This document shows positions 12,380 to 25,484 of a stretch of DNA of 64,000 nt, in pieces (within the stretch, counting starts at the first letter, position 1; each line of letters opens with the position of its first letter). The position numbers and the translations under genes are program-made. The notes beneath the pieces are model-generated. The model was not told the DNA's origin, made no database searches, and worked only from the letters and a program-made list of their open reading frames with translations. The stretch is from Octopus sinensis (lineage: Eukaryota): contig NC_042999.1 in assembly GCF_006345805.1 (NCBI RefSeq), forward strand, positions 99,758,001-99,822,000, given 5' to 3'.

Positions 12380-12590
12380 TTAGTTTTAGGCAGAAGATCA
12401 ACACTTTTGAGGGAAAGGAGATTAGCGATAACATCAACCTTAGTACTTGATTGGTACTTTATATATTTTAGCGACCTTATGCGGGAGAAAAAAAAATGTG
12501 ACTTCCGCGGAGTTTGAATTTAGAGAGTAAAGGATCGTAAATAACAAGGCAACGTATTTTACAATGCTCTAACGATTCTACCAGTTCAAC
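12380..12590 (-). mobile_element. SINE family A, old degenerate copy
   Basis: GATTGGTACTT, CGCGGAGTTTGAATTTAGA and CTAACGATTCTACCAGTTC match reverse-complemented family A. Confidence 0.6.
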
Positions 12591-12790
12591 AACGTTATTT
12601 TCTAACTATTTACAACAGTAACGAAGTTCACTTTGCAGTAAATACGTGGTTACTAGTTCGATCTGAAAGGAGAACACCTTGAACCACTGATTTCTATTGT
12701 AACATTGGGGCCACTAAGAAGTTGAGGGTTTTATTTGCTATAGTAGAACTATGAGGAAGCGCATTCGCATACACGCACACACACACACAC

Positions 12791-12831
<41 letters not shown>

Positions 12832-12993
12832 ATGTATATCTTATATATGTATATATATGTGTGTGTGTATGTATGCATATAGAAGTATATATATATATAT
12901 ATATATATAAATTATTGAGGGTAAAAATTGATATTAATCAATTAAAACCAGTGGTTTTGCATATTTAAAAATTATATTACATACAAAAAAATT

Positions 12994-13535
12994 TAAGAGG
13001 AATGATCACTAAATGGGACTCCTAATATGCTAAATATAGAAGTCAAATTGCCATTACCATGAAGAGTGTGTTCTCAAGAAAAATTTCAGCAAAACGCCAA
13101 AATGTAAAAACGAGGAAGACAAATGAAAATATACGAAATAAAAAACGATAACCTACGTACCATGGTTTCACTTGTTAATGTTTCCGGCCTCAGCCCGCCA
13201 AAGTTAAGACATTTGAAAAATAACCTCAAATATGATTTGTAGAACTTTATTCATGCTCTCTTTTGGGTGAGCGTTCTATGTCTAATTCTAGAAATTATAA
13301 AGGGAAAACTAGCCTGATGATCTTGCAGATATTTACATGCGTAAATATTAACAAGTGAAATCATGGTACGTAGGTAGTCATTTTTTTATTTCGTATATTT
13401 TCATTTGTCTTGCTCGTTTTTACATTTTGCTGTTTTGCTGAAATTTGTTTTTTGAGAGCACACTCTTCGTGGTAATGGCGATTTGACGTCTATATTTAGC
13501 ATATTAGGAGTCCACTTTAGTGGTAATTCCTCTTA
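12994..13535. mobile_element. Foldback element: about 190-bp inverted repeats (12994-13183 / 13343-13535) with 159-bp spacer; PLE pLTR-derived
   Basis: Left arm AAGAGGAATGATCACTAAATGGGACTCCTAATATGCTAAATATAG...CCTACGTACCATGGTTTCACTTGTTAATGTTT aligns along its length to the reverse complement of the right arm with scattered substitutions; microsatellite tracts lie close on both sides. Confidence 0.85.
13308..13375 (+). ncRNA. Type I minimal hammerhead ribozyme motif (Penelope type)
   Basis: CTGATGA (13314-20), stem II CTTG..ATATTTAC-ATGC-GTAAATAT..CAAG, GAAA (13357-60), T-CATG-GTA with palindromic loop; the inverted arm preserves GAAACCATGGTA. Stem I pairing imperfect. Confidence 0.6.
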
Positions 13536-14113
13536 ACTTTATATTTATATATGTACGTGTGTGTGTGTGTGTGTGAAACACACACACACACACAAACATT
13601 CAGATACCCCAATTTTACATACACATATATTCACACAGAGTTGAAACGCTAACTCCTTTCTTCCTTCCTTCCTTCCTTCCTTCCTTCTTTATTCATCAAT
13701 CACCCCTTCCTTTCTCATTATAAATCCAAAAGTATTATTATAGTAGATTACTGTAACCATGGGAGCTATTAAAATACAGAAAGCCCAGCATCACCACCCT
13801 ATCATTCTACACAACTGTAATTTTTCGCGCAGTTCCACCCAGCCGTTTGACTGCGAATCTCAAGAAAGACGGAGGCTCATACATATTTATATAGTTGATG
13901 AATATATATTATATAAGGGATAATTTTCAAAATCTTAAGTATTTATTATACATGCATGTCGTTATGAATTTTAACGTACAAAATATGTATAGCAATGTGC
14001 CACGTGTGTTAATCTATACAAAGTTATGTATAAATGTGTGTTTGTGCGTTTGTGTGTAGGCGTGTATGTGTTCGTCTGCATTTGGGTATGTACATATTTA
14101 TTTACACAAGTAA

Positions 14114-14147
<34 letters not shown>

Positions 14148-14563
14148 TTATACATATACACATATATATACATATACATTCGCACACCCGCACACGTGCA
14201 TCCATATTTATATACATATATACATATGTATGTATAAATACATACATATGCATACACATACTCACACACGTTTATAAGCACAAACATATTTATCTATGTT
14301 TTTCTGCATTCACGTGTGCATATGGGTATGTGTACATATATGTGTGCATACGTATGTGCTCATATGTAAGTGGGTATGTATGTATGTATGCATGTATGTA
14401 TGGTTCGTCAGTATATAATAGTGTCGACACCACCTCATATGGTATTGATTTTCATTTGCATTTCTTAATTAAATTCGCACTTTCATAGTCACACTCTTGC
14501 ACAGAGTTTAGTTTTTTTATCATAGAAATACATACACACACACTGGTTCACCACTTCCACGGG

Positions 14564-14628
<65 letters not shown>

Positions 14629-14675
14629 TGTCAGGCATTGAACTGACACAATATATGCATACATACGTATGTGTT

Positions 14676-14749
14676 GTGTGTGTGTATGTATGTATGCATG
14701 CATGTACGTATATATACATAAATCCATACATATATACGTACATACATAT

Positions 14750-14796
<47 letters not shown>

Positions 14797-14954
14797 TATA
14801 TATATATGTATACATGTATTTACATAAATACACATACAGGTACGCATACATACATGCATACATATAAACATACGTACGTACATACATACATACATTCATT
14901 CATACATTCATACATACATTCATACATTCATACATACATACATACATACATACA

Positions 14955-14985
<31 letters not shown>

Positions 14986-15295
14986 TGCATATGTAGCTGC
15001 AGAGATTAAAAAGCCAATTCTGCATGTGTATCTGTGATTCGCATGCCATGCAATTGAAAAACCTGAGAGGCGTTAGGTTATGTTTCAACGTCCCGTTTTC
15101 TCTGCTCTGCATTGACTTCTTTTAAATGAATATAAGTTAACAAGATTACTGATTACCAATGAATAATCATATCAGTCAGTCAGAATAATATTTCTCTAAT
15201 TTGCTATCATCTATAATATCTTCCTTTATGCAATGTCAGTGATCTGGCTGAAGGAAGTATTCGTATATAATGTTTAGAAACATTTTATCAATTCG

Positions 15296-15376
<81 letters not shown>

Positions 15377-15480
15377 TGTGTATGTGTGTGTATGTGCGTG
15401 TGTGTGTGTATGTATGTATGCATGCATGTACGTATATATACATAAATCCATACATATATACGTACATACATATATATATA
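14676..15480 (+). repeat. About 80-bp direct duplication, copies 724 bp apart, within microsatellite arrays
   Basis: GTATGCATGCATGTACGTATATATACATAAATCCATACATATATACGTACATAC is identical in both copies (AAATCC at 14720 and 15444). Confidence 0.9.
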
Positions 15481-15511
15481 TATATATATATACATACATT
15501 CATACATATAT

Positions 15512-15586
<75 letters not shown>

Positions 15587-15779
15587 TATATATATACGTA
15601 TATATATATATGCATATATGCATATATGTATATATAAATACATATATATATATGAATATATTTGTATAAATATGCACACACACATATATATATACATCTA
15701 TATACATATATATATACATATATATGTATATACATATCTATCTGTCTATCTCTCTCTATCTCTAAGTGTGTATATATAC

Positions 15780-15811
<32 letters not shown>

Positions 15812-16517
15812 ATACGCACCCAAAATACATTTCCTCCTTACACGTTTACACATCTGTTAACGTCTGTCTCTCAATGTGTCTAATCATTTACACATACGCA
15901 CAAACGGAGTGGGTTAAGGTATGAATAGGAAAAAGGAGAAAGGTAGGTGAACAGGAGAGAAGTGCAGATAAAATCGAGAAACATGATATAAGTTATCCAA
16001 GGAAATGTATTCCTTTTACGGACTTTATTCTGCTGCAAGCTTTAAAGCTTAATTTCTGTTTCTTACCTCAACTGGACGCTTTTTTTTTATCAAAGCACCA
16101 GCTACATTTGTATTGTCATCAATTTTTTTGACCACCAGAATATTTCATGGGCACTGACTAGTCTCTCCCAGACAACTATGTGTGAACCGAATGCGTACGT
16201 GTATGTGATTGTGTACGTGTGTGAATATAATACATATACACTCACATATTTACATGCGTTTATTTACTTAAAAATACTTATAGAAGCAGACATGCTGTGC
16301 AGCTAAAAATTATAGCTAGAAAACAGTCTGGTAGACGAATGCTGAAAGAAATTAAAACACTGCTAACTCTATGTCACAGAAACTATACTGAATGAAGACA
16401 CCAGTCAACATGACATGAAAGTTGAGTCAACAGTCTCATTCGAAATATATTATGTTAATAATATAATTGCTTTGAATTTATGCGAAAGTAATATTCACCG
16501 TTTATTTATTTCTCTAT

Positions 16518-16548
<31 letters not shown>

Positions 16549-17471
16549 TTGAGAGGATGGAAATGTTACACTATCTAGATAACGTTTCTTAGGGTTTTCT
16601 ACTATTTAAAGTAGTACAGTATTTACACAACTCACTGGATCAACAACTAGCTGATCTCAGATACGTATATTGTGAATCTAGCCTCCTAGTACATTAATGT
16701 AATATTAACGAGAACCGAAGGTTCAAATATCCACATATTGTTGGCCACGGCCTCACCACTTCATCTCTATTATATACATTCAATGTATTACAAAATTGTA
16801 TCATTAGCAGCCATCTTAACATGAGAGGACTTTATTTGTTTTCACAAACAACAATCAATGCACATCCTTTCACTAACTTCAAACTGGCCATACAACTATT
16901 AATTAACCTTTGTACGAATAATTAATATCAAGCAAGTCATAAATGTTAACAACGATTTCGGTGAAGTGAGTCAGAAACTGTTTACAGGTCACGCAAAATT
17001 ACAAATATTTTACACATCGCTTTAGGTTATAAATCCATGAAAGAGGTCGGATATTTGTTTCAAATATTTCATTTTATATTAGAACTGATGTTGTTACCTG
17101 AGCCGTGTGTTTGCCTCAAGCACCAAATTAACCTTTTACAATCTACACAGTTGCAAACATTGATACAAGCAGATATAGACACATATATGGAAAACCTGCC
17201 TATATAATCATACAGGAATGCACAAGCAAATGCAAGCAAACAGGAAAAATGATATCACTTCATTAGTTTTGTGGAAATAAATTAAATAAAAGCAACAACA
17301 ATGGTAGATATTAATCACGCCAGTTCCCTGTATTATTTACTTCATTAAGATGTTTCTATCATGGAAGAGTTTAGGACAAATAAAACATTCTCAATAACAT
17401 CAATTACTTGGTTTTTTCCTTACTTCTTAAATACACATACATACAAACATATGAGTATACGTGTGTTCGTA

Positions 17472-17566
<95 letters not shown>

Positions 17567-18123
17567 CATATATATAAAGAGAGAGAGAGAGAGAGATACG
17601 AACATATATATATATATATATATATATAAACACACACTTATATTTATATATATACATATATGTATATTTGGCTATGTCTCTGTGTGTCTGTGTATGTATC
17701 CATAAACATATATACAAAAGTCCCTATACATATATGTTATATATATTTCTAAATTAATTCATGTATAGAAGTTTATTTATTTCTCTTCATCTGTGTTCTT
17801 TCTCCTGTGCCTCACTGTCGCTCTCGGCGAGTGTGACCTTCTGCCAGTTAAAATAATATAAAATGTCTGCGTGAGTTCATATACATATGGTGGGGTTGCG
17901 TGCTTGTGTGTGTACAAATATGCGTGTAGACACGCGCGCGCACACGCAAGCACACAGACACACACACATATATATATATACTATATATGATATATTATGT
18001 ATATATCCTCTCACGCACATATATATATATATATATGTGTATATACATATATGCATACTTAGATATAATCATGCAAACATACATACGTACGCACGTACAT
18101 ACACACATACATACATACATACA

Positions 18124-18155
<32 letters not shown>

Positions 18156-19543
18156 GTGGTTGTGACTGTTTTTACGCTGTAATACGTATCACGCCTTGAT
18201 GAAACAATCGCTATGTTGTTTTATTTTGCTTATCTTAAATATGTTTGACAAGAAATAATTGAATCTATAGTTTTGATTAGGAACTCAGACAACATTGAGT
18301 ACAGGTTACATTGTTGATATGAAAACTAGACAATGATATTCATAATCTAGCTGAATAGGTGACAATTGCTTCTCCAATTCTATACTCATGCTATGAATAT
18401 GTGACAAACATTTCAACTGTCAAGATATATGATAAGAATGTCTTCTACAATGCCGTATGAGTAAAAAGAAAAACAGAAAGATAAACCTCAGGTTGTCTGA
18501 GTATGATTTGCGTTTTACAATTTACATTCATAGTTGATCACGTGAGATATTTTTGTTTTAATTGTTATGTATAAAGTATTACTGACTTGTATTGTCCAAA
18601 GGATAGTATTAGCTTTTCAACGCAGTGCAAGTAATAGATAGTACTCATAACTTATGCTGTCCCTACTGAATTATTACACTTGATACGTTTGCTTAGGGGA
18701 AACCGCAGTAAAGAGAAGAGAAAGGAAATTAAAAAAAGAGTGAGAGAAAATGGGGAAAGGCAGAGAAAGTGCCAAACGTAACGAGGAAATGTCCATGTTT
18801 AGTATATGATACATAGCAGACACGATGGAAAAGAATTAGATCAAGTTTTAATAAATTTTGTAAGAATTAGGGTCGTAATTTTCTGTTCAAATAAAAACTG
18901 GAAATAATTGAGTGAGATTACGTTGTAAAAACATCATTTCAAATCATCGTGGCTGGTAAGTAAAGTTAAGCCTATCGATCGGACATACTTTTTTTGTGCA
19001 TTCTAGATTGATTTTGTGTGTAGTAAACTTATTGTAACTACATGGGAACATGCTGTAGTGTAGATAAAATTTGTGCACAGTCATGTATCAATAATTATTC
19101 AACAGTAACGTATTTTCTAACCATGATCACGAAGTTTGACCTTTGGAATGCAGCGTGCAGTTTTGTCAATGATATAAAATGTTGATTGCCGTATGTTTTT
19201 GGGAGTGAGTCACACTTATGTGTGTGCGTATGTGTGTGTATACAATTATGTTCGTACTTATGTATGTATGTATGTATGTATGTATGTATGTATGTATGTA
19301 TGTATGCATGTATTATGTATGTATCCATATAATGCGAAGTCTCGTATTTGCAAATAAAGAACAGACATTACATCTGTTGCTTTGGAGTGGTGCACGTGTT
19401 ATTCTGTCGGATTTCTTATTAGAAGAGAATATTTCTTTGTGCAGTGGTGAAATTCAACGTTCATATGTCCTCACTGCCTGTTGTTTCCGATGTTTCAGCT
19501 AATAAAGCTGATGTCTGGCTGTCGAAAAGAAGCCCCCACTACA

Positions 19544-19581
<38 letters not shown>

Positions 19582-19632
19582 CACACAAACACACGCACAC
19601 GCACACACACACACATATATATATGTACAAAA

Positions 19633-19672
<40 letters not shown>

Positions 19673-19675
<3 letters not shown>

Positions 19676-19939
19676 ACTTCAGAAGCAGTGAACAACACGA
19701 AGTACGAAAACAAATGAGTTAAATGCGCAAGCAACGAGAGAAAAAAAATGAAAAACAGGAGAAGTAACACAAATAACGACCCTTCATCAGTTGTCAGCTG
19801 TCTATCTACTCCTCATTTCGAGCATTCGATGAAGGGTCTTTTTTTGTGTTACGTGTCATATTTTCCCTTTTCCTCTTGTAGTTAGCGCATTTAACTCATT
19901 TGTTTTTGTACTTCATGTCGTTTATTGTTGTGACGTCCT
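19673..19939. mobile_element. Foldback element (about 115-bp inverted arms, 39-bp spacer) inserted in (TA)n
   Basis: AAAACAAATGAGTTAAATGCGC perfectly inverted (22 bp); GACCCTTCATC/GATGAAGGGTC at the inner ends; minus strand of left arm reads CTGATGAAGGG. Confidence 0.8.
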
Positions 19940-19950
19940 GTGCCCATATA

Positions 19951-19995
<45 letters not shown>

Positions 19996-20106
19996 TATAT
20001 CATATATAATATATATATATATATATATATACATATTTATTTTTATATGATTTTATATATATATATTAATATATATACATATATTATTTATATGATTATA
20101 TATATA

Positions 20107-20159
<53 letters not shown>

Positions 20160-20659
20160 ACAATATATAAATATGAAGCATACGTGAATGCAAATATATG
20201 AATGCATGTGGTGTTTATGCGTGTGTATGCGCGCGTGTTTGGACGTGTGTGCGTTTGTTGCTTGGCATGAACAATTTTAGGAACGAATATTTTCGTGGTT
20301 GAAATCTATTTATTTACATGTATTCTTGATTTGCTAACCGTCATTTCCACCTAGATTATCTGATGAATCTTTTATTATTTCAAAAGTATTTTTCAGAAAA
20401 TATCACTTATGATATAAATTACACTAACATCTCTCTTCTCTATTCCATACTATTTGTTGTGTTAAAAATCAATAGCAATATAACTATTATTAAACATTGT
20501 GATGATGAAAGAAATAATTTTCTAGGATTTCCATTTGTAGATTCAGACTTAAATTTAACTTTTTTGATAACTCGTAACTAAACCTCACTCAATTACGCAC
20601 TAAAGGATGACAGCTGAAACGGATCTCAATAAAATCTAAGATGCAAATCGGGATTTAAA

Positions 20660-20795
20660 TAGGCGTGGTTGTGTAGTAAGAAGTTTACGTCCCAACTACA
20701 TATTCAGGGTTCAGTCCCAATATGTGGTACCTTGGGCAAGTGCCTTGTTGTGAGTAGATTTGGTAGGTGGAGACTGAAAGAAGCCCGTCGTATGC
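20660..20795 (+). mobile_element. SINE family B, 5' part with internal deletion
   Basis: GGGTTCAGTCCC, CCTTGGGCAAGTG, GACTGAAAGAAGCCCGTCGTAT. Confidence 0.75.
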
Positions 20796-20825
20796 ATATA
20801 TATATATATATATTATATATATATA

Positions 20826-20940
20826 TCACGTGACTGACCAGGCTATCAGATTTTGCTACACATCGCTGGTCACAATGCGTTTCGCATTGTTTTAGCCTGC
20901 AAAAATGACGTCACCCCGCTGGCTAAGCGAGCAGGCCAAT
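20826..20940. mobile_element. Short structured retroposon terminal fragment embedded in (TA)n
   Basis: GC-rich 115-bp island with stems GACCAG/CTGGTC, ACAATGCG/CGCATTGT, GCCTGC/GCAGGC; resembles a recurrent octopus repeat end (from memory). Confidence 0.45.
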
Positions 20941-20947
20941 ATATATA

Positions 20948-21012
<65 letters not shown>

Positions 21013-21026
21013 CATATATACATGTA

Positions 21027-21062
<36 letters not shown>

Positions 21063-21656
21063 TATATATTTATGTATATATGATATATATGTATGTATAT
21101 ATGTATGTATATATATGCATGTGTGTATATATATACACAGACAGAGAAAGAGAGAGAAAGAGATACAGAAATAGCTGGAGAAAGTACAACCGATACCAAT
21201 ATATCTAAGTTGCTCCATATATATCAGGTAGAATCCTGAACACTATGTCTGACAATGCATCAAAAACTGATATGAGTAAAGGGGAACGAGACTTTTCTAT
21301 GTCCTCTATTTTTTTATCTTACCACGAATTAGTCATTCTCCTTGAGTAAATATTCCTTTTAGCACACTGGTGGATCCGCTAGAAATATAAGCCTAGCTAT
21401 CGTACATAAATGTTCATTACATGTTACTTAAGTTCATACACTTTAGAACCAAACTGGATATTTCATAAGTTCCCGACAACAAGATTAGATAATGAAACGG
21501 TCAACCGGTATCTCACTTGTTTGTCAGAGGACACCATTTTGAAAGTTAAAAAAAAAAAGGTGAAATATATCACACATAGGAAATCTCCAATTCTGATTGG
21601 ATATACGAGCATTTATTAGCACTAAGAATTGATAATCATCGGATAATTGTCTTTAG

Positions 21657-21754
21657 GATACATTTTCGACAGTCAGTAAATCAGACACAAGTTGTAATTC
21701 GTTTTTTGTTACCATCTTTGCAAATGGCGAAGAGATGTCTATAGATGTTACGAG
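21657..21754 (+). CDS. Candidate internal exon (DTFSTVSKSDTSCNSFFVTIFANGEEMSIDVT)
   Basis: Acceptor ttgtctttag|G, donor GAG|gtgata, open frame; no recognisable homology. Confidence 0.15.
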
Positions 21755-22129
21755 GTGATATGAATACTATTTCATGATTTAGAGTGTAGAAAAATTAATT
21801 AGTGATAAGATAAACCGAGGAGATAATTTACTAATATCCAATGTTGTTGTTGTCGTAGCTTATGCTTTATCATTGTTGAATATGGTTTGGAAAGTTTTTG
21901 AAATCCTGGTTCTATTTGTTAGTGAGATTAACATTGAATATGAGTCACAAATTCGGTTCCCACCGTGTATGGTGTTCAAAGTTTCAGTGACCATGGCACA
22001 GTTGTTTAGTTAGAAACGATTAAAGAGTAACCTGCCAGAATGCATAGAATTGCCGGCCCCGAGTTTTGATTGGTGTAATACATTCTCCATTCATGTAGCA
22101 TGTAGTGTTTTCTGTTATGCTTTATTTGC

Positions 22130-22290
22130 TTGGATCATTTGGACTGCGGCCATGCTGGGACAGTACATTAAACTACCCCAGTCCTTATTTTAATACCTGG
22201 TACTTATTCTATCGGTCTATTATACTGAAGTACTAAGTTATAGGAAGTGCACAAAACACTGGTTCTCATGCGGTGGGGAACACAACGAAA
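22130..22290 (-). mobile_element. SINE family B, 3' part
   Basis: ATTTGGACTGCGGCCATGCTGG and CTTATTCTATCGGTCT match the reverse complement of the family B 3' end. Confidence 0.65.
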
Positions 22291-23043
22291 ACAAAACGTC
22301 GCTTGAGTTATATATGATATGTACATTATCGAATGCATCTAAAGCTGTCAGTCTAATCTGCATAACAGTGCACGAACTGACAAGGTTGATAATTAATTAG
22401 TTACGCAATACACAAATAAATTGAATTATTTGAGATGTAATATAAGACAAACTTTCTGTATGTTTATTAAAAAGATACATGTTACACCGCATTTCAAATT
22501 GAACAGATAAAAGATGCACAGTGCGTTATTAATTCATTAATTGGTTATCCGAATTTTCAGTTCATTACACAGGTATGCAAATTAGACCAACAGGTTTAGT
22601 GTTGTCCGACTTCTTTGACATAGTATATAGCTATAGTCATAAAGTATTACTGTCTGTGGACATAAATTAAGTTTTCATTGTATGTTAATTCTCTAAGATT
22701 AGAAAATACTCAAATAATCAAATCAACACCTCTTTTCTGTCCACGATAAGATTGAAAATCTATGGTGAAACAAAACATTTTATTTTGCGGAAATGTTCAA
22801 ATTGCATATTTATTCCCAAAAGAGAAATAGAGATCCTTAACCTCCAGTGGCTGACATGCTAATTAGCCAATAGCTAGGACTCTAATACTCCGGATCAGAG
22901 TAGACCTGGGAACAGGTTACACACACCTCAAAACCCTGAAATTCTCGTATCAGGACCCAACGTCTGGATGGATTTTAACGTCATACGCAGGACTAGCACT
23001 TGAATATATATATATTAAAGTATATATATGATGTACATGTATG

Positions 23044-23074
<31 letters not shown>

Positions 23075-23179
23075 TATATATATAATGCATATATATATAT
23101 ACGTATGTATATATGACATACATGTATATGTGTATATTTATATATACGTACACACACACACACATATATATATACATAT

Positions 23180-23245
<66 letters not shown>

Positions 23246-23337
23246 TATGAACATTATATCACATTCAATATAATATATATTTCATACATGTATGTACATT
23301 ATTTATAATATGCAACCCACAGAAGCATGTATATATA

Positions 23338-23388
<51 letters not shown>

Positions 23389-24404
23389 TGGAGAAATTAC
23401 TATACGTCTATGACATATCCTTTACGACAAATAAAAACGTTAGTCATGATTGTGATATATACTCCCTCCTGGATAAAACGCTAGTCTATTACTGATAATA
23501 TTCCCAGAAGATTGGCCAAATGTTTCACATTTATGAACTATGTCACGTAGAATGTATTCTCTTCGTAATACATAAGTCTCATAAAATATACTATATCTCC
23601 TTATTTTTGCTTTAGATAAGGAAAAAAAATGTCATGTTTACAATTAGGAAAGAAAGGTCATTTTAGCAAGATCGATTAATGCATTTATTTATCTCTAAAT
23701 AAAGTTACTCTTCCTTTCATTCACATCTTTGTGTTAATCTATACAATTGAGATATTATCATTTGGAATGACTGCCAGAAACATGTTCATTATATATTCCA
23801 GAGTAATCTTTTTCATCTTGCATTACTATAGCGTACATTTTTAATTATCGTTGTTTACAGAAAAAAGGTTAAAATGTAAAACATATAAATAAATCCAAAC
23901 ACGAAATTTTGTGTTATGATTAAGAATTTAATAAGTTGAAATTGTAATAGTGAAAAGATGATAGATTATTATTAAATGCCTTAAACATATTTGACAGCCT
24001 CTAATTATGGCGTTATCAATAACTTGAACATATACCAGTCTTTCAATATATCAAAGCTAGTTCAAAAGTATATAATAAAAATAATCAGTAATTTTGTAAC
24101 TATGAATATGAAATCTACTCTTGCAAATGCAATATTGAAAAGCAATTATTTTCTTCCTCTAAAGGTGTACTTGAGGTGAAATTAGTAGTTTTGCTTTAAA
24201 ATAAAATATAGCTAGGAGGGGGCAAGTGTGCGGATTTATTATTTATAAATGTTAAATTCATTACCATACGTATTAATAAATATGAAGGTAAATGACTGTC
24301 TGATCGTGCGCGGTACCCTATACGTTCCTTTCCGATTGTAGCACTATCCGAGTATGAAATTTGATGTAGTTGACGTATATCAACTATATTTATTGATTGA
24401 TGTT

Positions 24405-24440
<36 letters not shown>

Positions 24441-24840
24441 GGCGCAGGAGTGGCTGTGTGGTAAGTAGCTTGCTAACGAACCACATGGTTCCGGGTTCAG
24501 TCCCACTGCGTGGCATCTTGGGCAAGTGTCTTCTGCTATATCCCCGGGCCGACCAATGCCTTGTGAGTGGATTTGATAGGCGGAAACTGAAAGAAGCCTG
24601 TCGTATATATGTGTATATATATGTATGTGTGTGTGTGTTTGTGTGTCTGTGTTTGTCCCCCCTAGCATTGCTTGACAACCGATGCTGGTGTGTTTACGTC
24701 CCCGTCACTTAGCGGTTCGGCAAAAGAGACCGATAGAATAAGTACTGGGCTTACAAAAGAATAAGTCCCGGGGTCGATTTGCTCGACTAAAGGCAGTGCT
24801 CCAGCATGGCTGCAGTCAAATGACTGAAACAAGTAAAAGA
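24441..24840 (+). mobile_element. tRNA-derived SINE, family B, full-length young copy
   Basis: GGCGCAGGAGTGGCTGTGTGGTAAGTAGC head, GGTTCAGTCCC B-box-like, CTTGGGCAAGT core-like segment, internal (TG)n, 3' end CAGTCAAATGACTGAAACAAGTAAAAGA; nearly identical to 43260-43625; inserted in (TA)n. Confidence 0.95.
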
Positions 24841-24905
24841 TATATATATATATACATAAAGAGAGAGAGAGAGAGAGATACATATATATATATATATTAT
24901 ATATA

Positions 24906-25060
24906 GATGCGTATGGTTTAGTAGTTAGCATGTTACCCTAATAATCATAAGATTGTTGTTTCGATTCCTGGACCGGACGCTGCGATGTGTTCTTGAGCAA
25001 AATACTTAATTTCGTGTTGCGCCAATGAGTGAGTAATCCTGCGACAGACCAGTGTTCAAA
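24906..25060 (+). mobile_element. SINE family C, degenerate
   Basis: TGGTTTAGTAGTTAG, TTCGATTCCTGGACCGG, TGTGTTCTTGAGCAAAATACTT. Confidence 0.7.
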
Positions 25061-25248
25061 TTGGTGTGAAGGGATACATAAACTAAGGAATTTGAGGAAC
25101 CGGCTTTATAAGCCATGTGCCCTTGGCTCGTAAATCACCTTTGATCTTGATCTTTTGATATGTTTGTATACCTGTATACACACATATATAAACATATGTA
25201 TGTGAAACAAATTTGGAAAATTTCTTTTTCCCTTCACTTCCATATTAG

Positions 25249-25484
25249 CTCCAACATATACATCATGCAATCTGAAAAATATAGGTTCCAATTGCACATC
25301 AAGAAAAATAAAAGAATATGAAGAATGTAAATATCACATCCCAGAAGATGATGAGGCAGATTACCGATCGAAATATGGAACTTCCAAATATTCTCTGTTG
25401 TTGTTAGTTCTTTTCCCATTAACATTCATCGCGCGAATCCGTGTTCAAAGGCATTTCAGTCTTCATCATGTCGCCTTCATATAA
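25249..25484 (+). CDS. Candidate terminal coding exon: Cys-containing segment followed by a hydrophobic C-terminal stretch (membrane- or GPI-anchor-like)
   Basis: Strong acceptor tttctttttcccttcacttccatattag|; phase-1 frame open for 77 codons: PTYTSCNLKNIGSNCTSRKIKEYEECKYHIPEDDEADYRSKYGTSKYSLLLLVLFPLTFIARIRVQRHFSLHHVAFI*. No Met, so absent from the ORF track. Confidence 0.4.

Noticed and set aside
20355-20581. ORF with five N-glycosylation sequons after a good branch point and acceptor
   Set aside because: Asn/Ile richness is expected from AT-rich DNA; no donor and no domain pattern.
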